From a virus (Duplodnaviria > Caudoviricetes), in the IMG/VR virus record IMGVR_UViG_3300032290_001086: a stretch of 64,000 nt of DNA; one strand, written 5' to 3'. Below are positions 45,727 to 55,346 of the stretch, in pieces (the stretch's first letter is position 1; every line of letters starts with the position of its first letter). The notes under the pieces were generated by a model. That model worked only from the letters and a program-made list of their open reading frames with translations. It searched no databases and had not been told where the DNA came from. The position numbers and the translations under genes are program-made.

Positions 45727-45933
45727 ATGGAAAAACTTAATGTTGAAGGACATCCAAATCTATACCGAGATTTGAAAAGCGGAGCTATTGTAAATGAAAA
45801 TTCATTAGAATATGAAAATTATATGAAAACGTATAGGAAGAAACAGCATCAATCTGAAAGAATAGATAAACTAGAAAATGAATTATTTGAAATTAAAAAT
45901 TTACTGTATAAAATTTTAGAAAACCATGAATGA
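45727..45933 (+). CDS. conserved small cyanomyovirus protein
   Basis: VEGHPNLYRD..SGAIVN plus a coiled coil. Confidence 0.75.
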   Translation: MEKLNVEGHPNLYRDLKSGAIVNENSLEYENYMKTYRKKQHQSERIDKLENELFEIKNLLYKILENHE

Positions 45934-46090
45934 ACTTCCTTTAGCAAAAGCATTTTCTCTTCAAAAAATTTTAAATGATATTGATACTTTAAATGAAGAA
46001 GATGCAAAAAGAATAGCAAAAGATTTTGCTAGATTATATTTCACTACGCAACAAACTTGGATTAATTTTACATCCTGGAAAACAAAATAA
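45926..46090 (+). CDS. NblA-like small protein (54 aa)
   Basis: ELPLAKAFSLQKILNDIDTLNEEDAKRIAKDFARLY fits the NblA helix-loop-helix pattern; not in the ORF track. Confidence 0.5.
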   Translation: MNELPLAKAFSLQKILNDIDTLNEEDAKRIAKDFARLYFTTQQTWINFTSWKTK

Positions 46091-46096
46091 AAAGAT

Positions 46097-46139
46097 AGTC
46101 TCCTTATAAATACTAAGGAGACTTCTTATTATATAAATA
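46097..46139 (+). promoter_or_regulatory. tandem T4-type late promoters, the first within a 10-bp inverted repeat
   Basis: AGTCTCCTTA-TAAATAC-TAAGGAGACT containing TATAAATA (46105); second TATAAATA at 46132. Confidence 0.8.
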
Positions 46140-46146
46140 ACTTTAA

Positions 46147-46482
46147 ATGGCATCTGCTCACAATTTATACATTGATCAAGGTGCAGATTTTAATGCACAA
46201 ATTCAAATTTTTGATGACAACAACGCTCCTTGGAATTTGACTGGCTATACAGGTCAGGCAAAAATTAAAAAATCTTATTATAGTACTACGTCTGTTGATT
46301 TTACAGTTTCTTTCACTAGTGATAGGACTACTGGAAATATTATTTTAGATTTATCTTCTGTGCAAACATCGCAATTGGAACAGGGCAGATATTTATATGA
46401 TGTTGTTATTATCAATCCAGCGTCCAAAAAAACTAGAGTATTAGAAGGAATAGTTACTATCAATCCAGGGGTAACAAAATGA
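46147..46482 (+). CDS. virion structural adaptor-like protein
   Basis: NLYIDQGADF..LTGYT..A.IKK..GRYLYDV..RVLEG.VTI.PGVT pattern; late promoter. Confidence 0.75.
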   Translation: MASAHNLYIDQGADFNAQIQIFDDNNAPWNLTGYTGQAKIKKSYYSTTSVDFTVSFTSDRTTGNIILDLSSVQTSQLEQGRYLYDVVIINPASKKTRVLEGIVTINPGVTK

Positions 46483-46712
46483 TAACTAGAGTAACAGTAC
46501 CTAATCAATCACATTCTGCGGTAACTGTTTCTAATCAACCACAAGTAATAACAGTAGCTGCAAATGCAGCTCAAAAATTAACATCACTTGGTGATGTAAC
46601 AGGAACCCCACAAAATGGTTCATTATTACAATATGATTCTTCTACCAATAGTTGGGTTGTATCTAATATTATTGAAAGACCTGGCTTAATTATAAATTGC
46701 GGTAATTACTAA
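46479..46712 (+). CDS. small virion-associated protein
   Basis: L..LGDV...NGSLLQYD..W fibre-like motif; ends INCGNY. Confidence 0.65.
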   Translation: MITRVTVPNQSHSAVTVSNQPQVITVAANAAQKLTSLGDVTGTPQNGSLLQYDSSTNSWVVSNIIERPGLIINCGNY

Positions 46713-46735
46713 ACCAATTAGGGAACGTTACAAAA

Positions 46736-48811
46736 ATGGCAACTATCATTAAAATTAAAAGGTCATCTGGAACTACTACGCCAAATCTTGGTCAAGGTGA
46801 ATTAGGTTACTCCTGGGGTTCTTCTAGTTATATAGATAATCAAGGAGCATCAGTAACATCTTATGGTAAGTTGTTTCTTGGTACAGGAACAGAATCTGGT
46901 GGTGTTGCCGCTAATATTGAAGTAATCGGTGGTAGATATTTCACCGATATGCTGGATCACGGTCACGGAACCTTAACTGCAAACTCTGCAGTGATCGTAG
47001 ATTCTACAAATAAAATTAATATTTGGAACGTAGATAATTTAACATTGGATGGAAATACGATTTCATCTACAAATACAGATGGAGATATTAATTTAGATCC
47101 AAATGGAAGTGGAGAAATTGTAATCCCAGATGATACATATTTAACATTTGGTACTAGTAAGGATACCAAAATCAAATATGATGAAGCAACAGACGATAGA
47201 TTAGAAGTAACTGGTGCAGATTGGAATTTTGCATCTGGTGTTGCAATCAGTATTAGTGATACAACTGCATCCACAACTACAACATCTGGGGCATTGGTTG
47301 TATCTGGTGGTGTTGGTATTGGAGGAAATTTAGTAGTTGGTGGATCTTTAAGTGTAGGATCATCTACTGCTTCAGATTTTACAGTTACTGGTGATTTAAC
47401 AGTACAGGGTGGAGATATTAATGTATCTCAAACTGCAACTAATATTGAAATTAAAGATAATACTTCTGGTGCTCTTGTAATTAAAGAGGGAACAAATCAA
47501 TATTTAAACATTACAACTACAAATGGTTCTGAATTAGTTACATTTTCTACCGCAAATGTAGTAATTAATAATGATCTGCAGATTAAAGGTGGAGATTTAA
47601 CAACAAATCAAACTACATTTAATCTTTTAAATGCAACCGCAACCACTGTTAATGCATTTGGTGCAGCAACTACAGTTGAAATTGGTGCAGCTACAGGAAC
47701 CACCAACATCAATAATAATTTAGACGTTGATGGAGATGTCAACATTGATGGTGGAGACTTAACTGTATCTACTACCACATTCAATTTAGTAAATACTAAC
47801 GCTACCACTGTAAACTTTGCAGGAGCAGCAACTACAGTTGAAATCGGTGCTGCAACAGGTACTACTAATATTAATAACAACCTTGATGTTGATGGGGATG
47901 TTAATATTGATGGTGGTGATCTTACAGTATCAACTTCTACATTCAATTTAGCCAATACAGCAGCAACAACTGTTAATGCTTTTGGTGCAGCAACTACCAT
48001 TAACTTTGGTACTGCAGCTACTACTACTGACTTCGGAGATCTAAAAATTAATGGTTCAACAATTTTTGGGGATACAAATGGCCAAACTATTACCCTTGAT
48101 CCTTATCCTGGTGGTGGAGATGCTGGCGGCGATGTTGTTGTCAGGGGTAACTTTAAGGTAACAGGAACAACAACTACGGTAAATTCTACCGTAATGACTG
48201 TAAATGATCCAGTATTTACTCTTGGTGATGCAATTAGTGAAAAAGTACTGACTGCATCTGCTTCTAACGGAGCAACCACACTAACACTAGATAATACAAC
48301 TGGTTTAAATACTGGCGATATTGTTAGTGGAAATGCAAACATTTCTGCAAACACTACAATTACAGTTGTTAGTGCAACTCAAGTAACTCTTAGTGCTGCA
48401 TTAACTGGTGGAATTGCATCTGGTATTACTCTAACCTTTACCCAAGGTGCAGACGATAATATGGATCGTGGTATCGAATACAGATACTATCGTGAAAGTC
48501 TAAAGACTGGATTCTTCGGTTATGATGAATCTGGCATTTCTGAAGATGTAATAACCTACTACTTCACATATATTCCAGATGCTACAAACAGTGGAAATGT
48601 ATTTAGCGGAACCAGAGGTAGTGCATACTTCAAGACTGTAAAGCTAGATGATGGAATTACTAATGGAATTCCATTCTTTGATGCATACAAGAGAATTACC
48701 ACAACAGTTGCAGCAGGAACTGCTGATGCAACAACATCAAACCAAATTCTCACAGTAAATGGTTCTGGTGTTCCTGTTTGGACTACAACTCTTGATGGTG
48801 GAACCTATTGA
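46736..48811 (+). CDS. tail/neck fibre protein with 54-aa tandem repeats
   Basis: MATIIKIKRS..L.QGELGY fibre N-terminus; T/G-rich; ends LDGGTY; wac-like position before g13. Confidence 0.8.
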   Translation: MATIIKIKRSSGTTTPNLGQGELGYSWGSSSYIDNQGASVTSYGKLFLGTGTESGGVAANIEVIGGRYFTDMLDHGHGTLTANSAVIVDSTNKINIWNVDNLTLDGNTISSTNTDGDINLDPNGSGEIVIPDDTYLTFGTSKDTKIKYDEATDDRLEVTGADWNFASGVAISISDTTASTTTTSGALVVSGGVGIGGNLVVGGSLSVGSSTASDFTVTGDLTVQGGDINVSQTATNIEIKDNTSGALVIKEGTNQYLNITTTNGSELVTFSTANVVINNDLQIKGGDLTTNQTTFNLLNATATTVNAFGAATTVEIGAATGTTNINNNLDVDGDVNIDGGDLTVSTTTFNLVNTNATTVNFAGAATTVEIGAATGTTNINNNLDVDGDVNIDGGDLTVSTSTFNLANTAATTVNAFGAATTINFGTAATTTDFGDLKINGSTIFGDTNGQTITLDPYPGGGDAGGDVVVRGNFKVTGTTTTVNSTVMTVNDPVFTLGDAISEKVLTASASNGATTLTLDNTTGLNTGDIVSGNANISANTTITVVSATQVTLSAALTGGIASGITLTFTQGADDNMDRGIEYRYYRESLKTGFFGYDESGISEDVITYYFTYIPDATNSGNVFSGTRGSAYFKTVKLDDGITNGIPFFDAYKRITTTVAAGTADATTSNQILTVNGSGVPVWTTTLDGGTY
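47588..48010 (+). repeat. 162-bp (54-aa) tandem repeat, about 2.6 copies
   Basis: GGDLT...FNL...ATTVN..GAATTVEIGAATGTTNINNNLDVDGDVNID units start at 47588, 47750 and 47912. Confidence 0.9.
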
Positions 48812-48837
48812 TAAATAATTAAAACTATGAGGTAGTT

Positions 48838-49053
48838 ATGAACTCTGATGAAGTAAACAATTTGTTGTCAGTAATGCAAAAGAAAATAAATGAACTGACA
48901 TCACAAAATATAATGCTTGAAGCTAAAGTGATTTATCTTAATAATGTTATAACTTCATTGCAAAAGCAAGTTCCAGTATCGGATGGAGGATCTTTTGGTG
49001 AATCTTCTGAGGTAGGAACAAAAGAAACCGTAAAATCTAGAAGGTCCGCATAA
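48838..49053 (+). CDS. small coiled-coil protein
   Basis: SD GAGG; ATAAATA upstream. Confidence 0.7.
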   Translation: MNSDEVNNLLSVMQKKINELTSQNIMLEAKVIYLNNVITSLQKQVPVSDGGSFGESSEVGTKETVKSRRSA

Positions 49054-49874
49054 TGGCAAAACCAAGTAGTAGAGTACAATTAAAAGAATATTGTCTTCGT
49101 AAACTTGGTAAGCCAGTGATTGAAATTAACGTGGACGATGATCAAATTGAAGATCTAATTGATGATACCATTCAACTCTTTAATGAAAGAGCATATAATG
49201 GTATGGAAAGAACTTATTTAAAATATAAACTTACACAAGAAGATATTGATAACGGAAAGAAAAGAAATATTACTATTACTCAAACAGATACTAATGAATC
49301 TGATAACTCAAGAACTTTAAATTTTGAAGAAGGTAGAGGATATTTAACAGTTCCCGATCACGTTATTGGTGTACAAGGAATTTTTAAAGTATCTAATGCT
49401 TTTGTTAATAACATGTTTGGCTTTAGATATCAATTTTTCCTGAATGATTTTTATAATTTTTATTCATATGATATTATGAATTATTATATGGTATTAACTT
49501 ACCTTGAAACCCTTGACTTTATGTTAGAAGGTAATAAAGATATTAGATATAATAAAGTTCAAAATAAATTATATATTGATCTCGACTGGGGTATGCAATC
49601 TGTTGGGGATTTTATTGTTGTGGATTGCTATAGAGCGTTAAATCCAATTGAGTTTACTAAACTTTACGACGAAATTTGGGTTAAAAAATATTTGACCGCA
49701 TTAATTAAAAAGCAGTGGGGTCAAAATTTAATTAAATTTGAAGGAATTCAAATGCCAGGTGGAGTTACTTTTAATGGCAGACAATTTTATGATGATGCAG
49801 AAGCAGAAATAGATAAGTTATATGGTGAACTATTAAGTACTTACGAATTACCACCATTGGATATGGTAGGCTAA
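49053..49874 (+). CDS. g13: neck protein gp13
   Basis: LKEYCLRKLGKPVIEINVDDDQ, KQWGQNLIKF.G.QMPGGVTFNG. Confidence 0.95.
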   Translation: MAKPSSRVQLKEYCLRKLGKPVIEINVDDDQIEDLIDDTIQLFNERAYNGMERTYLKYKLTQEDIDNGKKRNITITQTDTNESDNSRTLNFEEGRGYLTVPDHVIGVQGIFKVSNAFVNNMFGFRYQFFLNDFYNFYSYDIMNYYMVLTYLETLDFMLEGNKDIRYNKVQNKLYIDLDWGMQSVGDFIVVDCYRALNPIEFTKLYDEIWVKKYLTALIKKQWGQNLIKFEGIQMPGGVTFNGRQFYDDAEAEIDKLYGELLSTYELPPLDMVG

Positions 49875-49875
49875 T

Positions 49876-50973
49876 ATGAAGAATGTTTATTTTTCTCACG
49901 GAACTAATTCAGAACAAAGATTATACGAAGACTTAATTATAGAGTCTTTGAAAATCTATGGACATGATGTATATTATCTTCCTAGAGAAATAGTAAATAC
50001 CCCAGATGGAATTTATGGAGAAGATGTTCTCTCCAAATTTGATGAAAATTATTTAATAGAAATGTATCTTGCAGATGTCCAAGGATTTGGAGGTGATGGC
50101 ACACTTCTAACAAAATTTGGTGTGCGAATTGCCGACGAAGCAACATTTATAATTTCCAAAAGAAGATGGGAAGATTTAATTTCATCCTCAAATAATTTAG
50201 TTACTTCTATTCGTCCAAATGAAGGAGACGTAATTTATTTTCCTCTTACAAATCAATTATTTCAAATTAAATTTGTTGAGCACAATAAACCATTTAGACA
50301 ATTAAATCAAATTACAACATATCAATTAGTATGTGAAGTAATGGAAGATTCCAGTGAAAGATTTGAAACTGGCATTGATGAAATTGATAATATTAGAAGA
50401 GAAGAAGGATTCTCAATTACATTCTCTATTACAAAAGGTATTAAGCAAGTTAACATTGGTAGTGGCGGCAGTAATTATGGAGCGAATACTACTGTTTCTT
50501 TTGGTACTGTGACTGGTTCAACTCCTGCATCTGCAAATGTATCAGTAACCAATGGAGTGATTACATCCATTAACATAATACAACCAGGAGAAAATTATAG
50601 TACTGCTCCTGGTGTTGTTATAACTGGTTCTGGAAATGGAGCATCTGCAACAGCAATACTGGCTCCAACTGGAACATATAAAATGAATGAATTAGTAACT
50701 GGTTCAGTTAGTGGAGCGACAGGAAAAGTAATACGATATGATGTAACAAATAAAGAGCTTGAGCTTATAGATATAGTAGGGAAATTTAAGGACAATGAAA
50801 CTTTAATTGGAGACCAAAGCAATGCAGAATGGGTAATTAATACCTTTAGTTCTATAGAAAATCAAAATGATGATTTTAATGAGAATAAATGGTTTGAAGA
50901 TGAAGGAAATCAAATTGTAAATTGGTCAGAAAAAAATCCATTTGGTGAATATACAAATATGGGAGTATTCTAA
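49876..50973 (+). CDS. g14: neck protein gp14
   Basis: EQRLYEDLIIESLKIYG.DVYYLPR, RPNEGDVIYFP, SEKNPFG. Confidence 0.95.
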   Translation: MKNVYFSHGTNSEQRLYEDLIIESLKIYGHDVYYLPREIVNTPDGIYGEDVLSKFDENYLIEMYLADVQGFGGDGTLLTKFGVRIADEATFIISKRRWEDLISSSNNLVTSIRPNEGDVIYFPLTNQLFQIKFVEHNKPFRQLNQITTYQLVCEVMEDSSERFETGIDEIDNIRREEGFSITFSITKGIKQVNIGSGGSNYGANTTVSFGTVTGSTPASANVSVTNGVITSINIIQPGENYSTAPGVVITGSGNGASATAILAPTGTYKMNELVTGSVSGATGKVIRYDVTNKELELIDIVGKFKDNETLIGDQSNAEWVINTFSSIENQNDDFNENKWFEDEGNQIVNWSEKNPFGEYTNMGVF

Positions 50974-51776
50974 TGTTAGGCAGACACTTTTATAACGAAT
51001 CTATAAGAAGAACTATTATTGGTTTTGGTACATTATTCAATAATATAGAGCTTCAAAGAAAGGACAAAAATAATAATACAATTCAAACTATAAAAGTTCC
51101 TTTTGCGTATGGACCAAAAGAGAAATTTTTAGCGAGGGTAGAGGCGGAACCAGATTTAGATAAGCGTAGACCAACACAAATACAATTACCAAGAATTTCT
51201 TTTGAGTTGAACAGTATTTCATATGACGCTTCTAGAAAATTAGGTCCAGTTCAAGTATGCAGAACTCCAAAGTCTGGAGACACTGATAAGTCATATTCTC
51301 ATTACATGCCAGTTCCTTATAATTTAGATTTTGAGTTGGCAATTATAAGTAAAAATAATGAGGATGCTGTTCAAATACTTGAACAAATTCTTCCATATTT
51401 TCAACCACTATTTAATGTTACAGTGAAAATGTTGGACGAAACAAATGAGTATAAAGATATTCCAATTATATTAAATAATGTTTCTATTCAGGATGACTAT
51501 GAAGGAAGCTTTGTAACAAGAAGAACTATTATATACGTATTACAGTTCACAGTAAAGAGTTATGTATACGGTCCACTCACCACATCTGAAGTTATCAAAA
51601 AAGTTAACGTTGATATTGGTACAGCTATTAATGCTAATAGATATATTAGATACAGTGCTACCCCAAAAGCACTTGAAGATATAAATGATGATGGTCAAAT
51701 AAATGCTGCAGATGATTTACTAGTTGAAGCGGAGGATGATTTTGGATTTAATGAAATTTGGACTATGACAGAATAA
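50973..51776 (+). CDS. g15: tail sheath stabiliser/terminator gp15
   Basis: FGTLFNNI, VP.AYGPKEKFL, LPRISFE, QILEQILPYFQP. Confidence 0.95.
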   Translation: MLGRHFYNESIRRTIIGFGTLFNNIELQRKDKNNNTIQTIKVPFAYGPKEKFLARVEAEPDLDKRRPTQIQLPRISFELNSISYDASRKLGPVQVCRTPKSGDTDKSYSHYMPVPYNLDFELAIISKNNEDAVQILEQILPYFQPLFNVTVKMLDETNEYKDIPIILNNVSIQDDYEGSFVTRRTIIYVLQFTVKSYVYGPLTTSEVIKKVNVDIGTAINANRYIRYSATPKALEDINDDGQINAADDLLVEAEDDFGFNEIWTMTE

Positions 51777-51778
51777 CC

Positions 51779-52216
51779 ATGGCTACTTTTGATGAATTAG
51801 ATAAAACATTTAACATTACTCCAGTAGAGGAAGAAGTAACAGAAGTTGAAGTAGTTTCTTCAACTGAATCTTCATTATCTACTGATAAAAAGTCTGATTT
51901 GGACGCAGATTATGAACACAGCAGAAAACAAATTTATGATTTAATTGAAACTGGTCAACAAGCAATAAAAGGAATAATGGATGTAGCAACTCAAACAGAT
52001 CATCCAAGAGCTTACGAAGTTGCTTTTCAAGGTATTAAAAATGTATCAGAACTTGCAGACAAATTAGTAGATCTACAGAAAAAAATGAAGACCATTGAAG
52101 AAGATACTCCTTCCAGAAAAGGTCCATCTACTGTAAACAATACAATGTTTATCGGAAGCACCGCAGAACTTCAAAAGTTTCTAAAACAATCCAAAATAAA
52201 TAATACGGAAGAATGA
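51779..52216 (+). CDS. g16: terminase small subunit gp16
   Basis: DYEHSR, HPRAYEVA, NNTMFIGSTAELQKFL; start trimmed to the ATG. Confidence 0.92.
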   Translation: MATFDELDKTFNITPVEEEVTEVEVVSSTESSLSTDKKSDLDADYEHSRKQIYDLIETGQQAIKGIMDVATQTDHPRAYEVAFQGIKNVSELADKLVDLQKKMKTIEEDTPSRKGPSTVNNTMFIGSTAELQKFLKQSKINNTEE

Positions 52217-52236
52217 TAACAATTCGGAGAATTTAA

Positions 52237-52785
52237 ATGTCAGTCATTAAAGTTGTACAAGATTTACCTATAGTAGATACTACAGATACTACAGATACTC
52301 AATCTACTGCATTCATCGTCAATAGTGGTGTAATTCGTTTTATTGCTGATATTGCAAAAGGTCCAGCAAGAATTGCATGGGGAGGAAACCCTCTAGCAGC
52401 AAACAGCACACTTTACATCCATGATGGGTATGAGATTGTAGTCAAGGTTGCTTCCGTAAAAAGAGCTGCTATTGCTAGTATTACTAAGGGTGCGAGTACA
52501 ACTGTTCTAAATATGAGACAAGATGTTGGTCGTCCAGCACATTCGTTTGTTGTTGGTGATTATGTTACTCTAACTGGCTCTTTGGTTGCTGCATATAATA
52601 CTGGCGTTGCACACCTAGCAGTAACTGCAGTAACAGATACTTCAATTTCGGTTGCTCTTAACTCTTCTGGTTATGCTGATTTTACTGGAACTGCCACTCT
52701 AAATAATAGTCTTAAGTATGCTACAATTGCTGGAAATGGTGGTTCTAAAGTATATGCAACAGAAATTCAAATTGTTGGTGGTTGA
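52237..52785 (+). CDS. hypothetical late/virion protein
   Basis: SD GGAG; AATAAATA upstream; ITKGA.T...HSFVVGDYVTLTG module. Confidence 0.75.
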   Translation: MSVIKVVQDLPIVDTTDTTDTQSTAFIVNSGVIRFIADIAKGPARIAWGGNPLAANSTLYIHDGYEIVVKVASVKRAAIASITKGASTTVLNMRQDVGRPAHSFVVGDYVTLTGSLVAAYNTGVAHLAVTAVTDTSISVALNSSGYADFTGTATLNNSLKYATIAGNGGSKVYATEIQIVGG

Positions 52786-52788
52786 TAG

Positions 52789-54342
52789 ATGGCAAAGTTT
52801 TACCGTTCAGACCAATCACTAGCTAGTGATAATAATGATGAGTATGAAGTGATGATGCTTGCCAATAAGGATGGCGACCCTATTGACCAAAGCAACCCAC
52901 TTCATGTTTCTCTGGGAACAGAAAGTGTTACCATTACTGGAACAGTAAATGTAGGAACAGAAGTTAAAGTAAACAATACAACTGCTCAGGGTATTCCCAT
53001 TAAGAATGATAATGGTGGTGCTTTGAGTGTTTCTGTATCTAATTTTCCAGCAACTCAAACAGTATCTGGTAGTGTTAATATCGGCACGATGCCAGAAGTG
53101 GAAATTAAAAATGATTTAAACAATCCAATTCCCGTAACTGGAACATTTGTAACTACAGCACCAACAGGAACTACGGATGCTTTTGGTCGTCAAAGAGTAT
53201 CAGCACCTCTTACTCTTTTTGATAGTTCCCACAGATACAGAGATAATAACCTGTGGTCAACTGCTACCACTGGCACTGCTTCTGCTACTTTTAGTGCTAA
53301 TGAAGGTCTGATTAATCTAACAGTGAATAATGCTTCTGGAACACAGATTATTCGTGAGACCACAAAAGTATTTTCGTATCAGCCAGGTAAATCTTTGCTT
53401 GTGATGAATACCTTTGTTCCTGCCACACCAAAAGCAAACTTGAGACAGAGAGTTGGATATTTTGGTGCTGATAATGGAATGTATTTTGAGATTAATGGCA
53501 CGACACCTTACTTTGTAGAAAGGAGTTTATCTACTGGAACTCAAACAGAAGTAGCACAAGCAAATTGGAATGGTGATAAGTTAAATGGAACTGGTCCGTC
53601 TGGTATTACATTAGATACTACCAAAGCACAAATCCTTTGGATGGATATTGAATGGTTGGGTCTTGGTACTGTAAGAATGGGATTTGTAATAAACGGACAG
53701 TTTATCCTCTGCCATTCATTCCACCACGCAAACTTAATCGCTTCAACTTATATTACAACAGCATCACTTCCTTTGAGATATGAGCTTACTAATACTGGTG
53801 CTACAAGTGGTAGTAGCACGATGAAGCAAGTTTGCTCTACTGTCATTTCCGAAGGTGGTTATGAACTTCGTGGATTGCAACAGGCAGTTAATATTCCAGT
53901 TAATACTCCAAGAACATTAGGAACTGCTGGAACATATTATCCTGTAGTTGGATTGCGTTTAAAAGCAACTAATTTAGATGCTATTGTAATTCTTACAGCA
54001 ATTTCTATGATGCCAATTTCTACTGGTGCTTATGGGTGGCAGGTGAGAGCAAGTGGAACTGTGAATGGCGGTTCTTGGGTGAGTGCTGGTGGTGATAGTT
54101 CAGTTGAATATAATATCACAGGAACTTCTGTTACTGATGGAAGAATACTAGCAAGTGGATTTTTTAATGCTTCAAATCAAGGAGTAACTCAAGTTGATAT
54201 TCTAAAAGAAGCACTCTTCAAATTCCAGTTAGAACGAAATGGATTAACTGGAGTTCCTTATGAACTCGCACTCGTCATTACTTCTGATGGTGCTAATGAT
54301 ACTGTTGTGGCATCCGTAGACTGGGAGGAAATTAGCAGATGA
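52789..54342 (+). CDS. hypothetical virion structural protein
   Basis: 517 aa, beta-rich; DAFGRQRVS, YQPGKS, EWLGLG.VR.GF motifs. Confidence 0.75.
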   Translation: MAKFYRSDQSLASDNNDEYEVMMLANKDGDPIDQSNPLHVSLGTESVTITGTVNVGTEVKVNNTTAQGIPIKNDNGGALSVSVSNFPATQTVSGSVNIGTMPEVEIKNDLNNPIPVTGTFVTTAPTGTTDAFGRQRVSAPLTLFDSSHRYRDNNLWSTATTGTASATFSANEGLINLTVNNASGTQIIRETTKVFSYQPGKSLLVMNTFVPATPKANLRQRVGYFGADNGMYFEINGTTPYFVERSLSTGTQTEVAQANWNGDKLNGTGPSGITLDTTKAQILWMDIEWLGLGTVRMGFVINGQFILCHSFHHANLIASTYITTASLPLRYELTNTGATSGSSTMKQVCSTVISEGGYELRGLQQAVNIPVNTPRTLGTAGTYYPVVGLRLKATNLDAIVILTAISMMPISTGAYGWQVRASGTVNGGSWVSAGGDSSVEYNITGTSVTDGRILASGFFNASNQGVTQVDILKEALFKFQLERNGLTGVPYELALVITSDGANDTVVASVDWEEISR

Positions 54343-55340
54343 AAAAGAGAGTTCCCACAGAGCAAGAGATTGTTAAGAAGCATGGTGTTTCACTTGACTA
54401 TGTTACTCGTCAAGCAGAGATTGGTTCTACTGTAGAGCGAGAGCATGTCACTACACATGAAGAAGCTTATGGTATTGCCCTTCAACATCTAGACGAATTC
54501 CCAGACTACTACAAGCACTTACTCAAGATGGAAAAGAAACTTAAATCCGAATGGAAAAACGGTAAAAAATCCGTCAAAGAAGAGAAACAAGAAGTTCGTT
54601 ATTGTCATCTTTGTGAAAAGAAAGAAACTAAATCACAATGTTCATATGGTCCAAGCGCATGGGAAATGTATACTCGTAAATTAAACATTGAAGAGGATCA
54701 TAAAGAAATTGCTTCTGGTAAAAAATTAGATGATGAAGGTTACATGGCGAACCTTGAATTGGATCAAATGCAAAGATCTATTGACATGCTTCGCAAAGTT
54801 ATTCGTAAATCAAATCAGCAACTTCCTGCATGGGTCCAATCTAAGATTACAAGAGCCGCAGACTTTGTAGATACTGCTGCAGAATATCTGGCATCAGATG
54901 AGAAAATTGATGAAGGAGTACTTAGCAGAATTGTAGATAGATTGAAGAATAGAGTAGATACTGGCGAGAGAACTGGAAGTGGTGGAAAAATCTATACGCC
55001 TCGCAAACCAGCTTCGTCAAAAGTTAAGTATAAATCAAGCACCAAGCCAGTTAATAAGCCAAATGATTCAGATAAAGATCCTTGGCTTAAAGGTGCTAGA
55101 GCTTCTGGTGGAGCAGAATTAAAAGCTCATTATCGTCAACTAAGAGGTGAATCAAAGTCTTTCTCTGAGTTTATGAATGAGGCAGATAATGTAAGTTTTC
55201 AAATTGGTTCTGGACATAGTGCTGCTAAGAGACAAGCAAAGATTAGAAATCTTGCAGATAGAACAACAAGTGCAGGAGAACAATCTGCAGCAAAAGCAAA
55301 ATTAAAAGGTCCCGATTGGCAAAAACCAAAATTAAAATAA
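54339..55340 (+). CDS. hypothetical modular charged protein (possible internal head protein)
   Basis: G..VE.EH..A..IALQHLDE.PDYY..L.KME and LPAWVQSKIT modules separated by VKEE/IEE/IDE/MNE sites. Confidence 0.7.
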   Translation: MKKRVPTEQEIVKKHGVSLDYVTRQAEIGSTVEREHVTTHEEAYGIALQHLDEFPDYYKHLLKMEKKLKSEWKNGKKSVKEEKQEVRYCHLCEKKETKSQCSYGPSAWEMYTRKLNIEEDHKEIASGKKLDDEGYMANLELDQMQRSIDMLRKVIRKSNQQLPAWVQSKITRAADFVDTAAEYLASDEKIDEGVLSRIVDRLKNRVDTGERTGSGGKIYTPRKPASSKVKYKSSTKPVNKPNDSDKDPWLKGARASGGAELKAHYRQLRGESKSFSEFMNEADNVSFQIGSGHSAAKRQAKIRNLADRTTSAGEQSAAKAKLKGPDWQKPKLK

Positions 55341-55346
55341 TTTATT

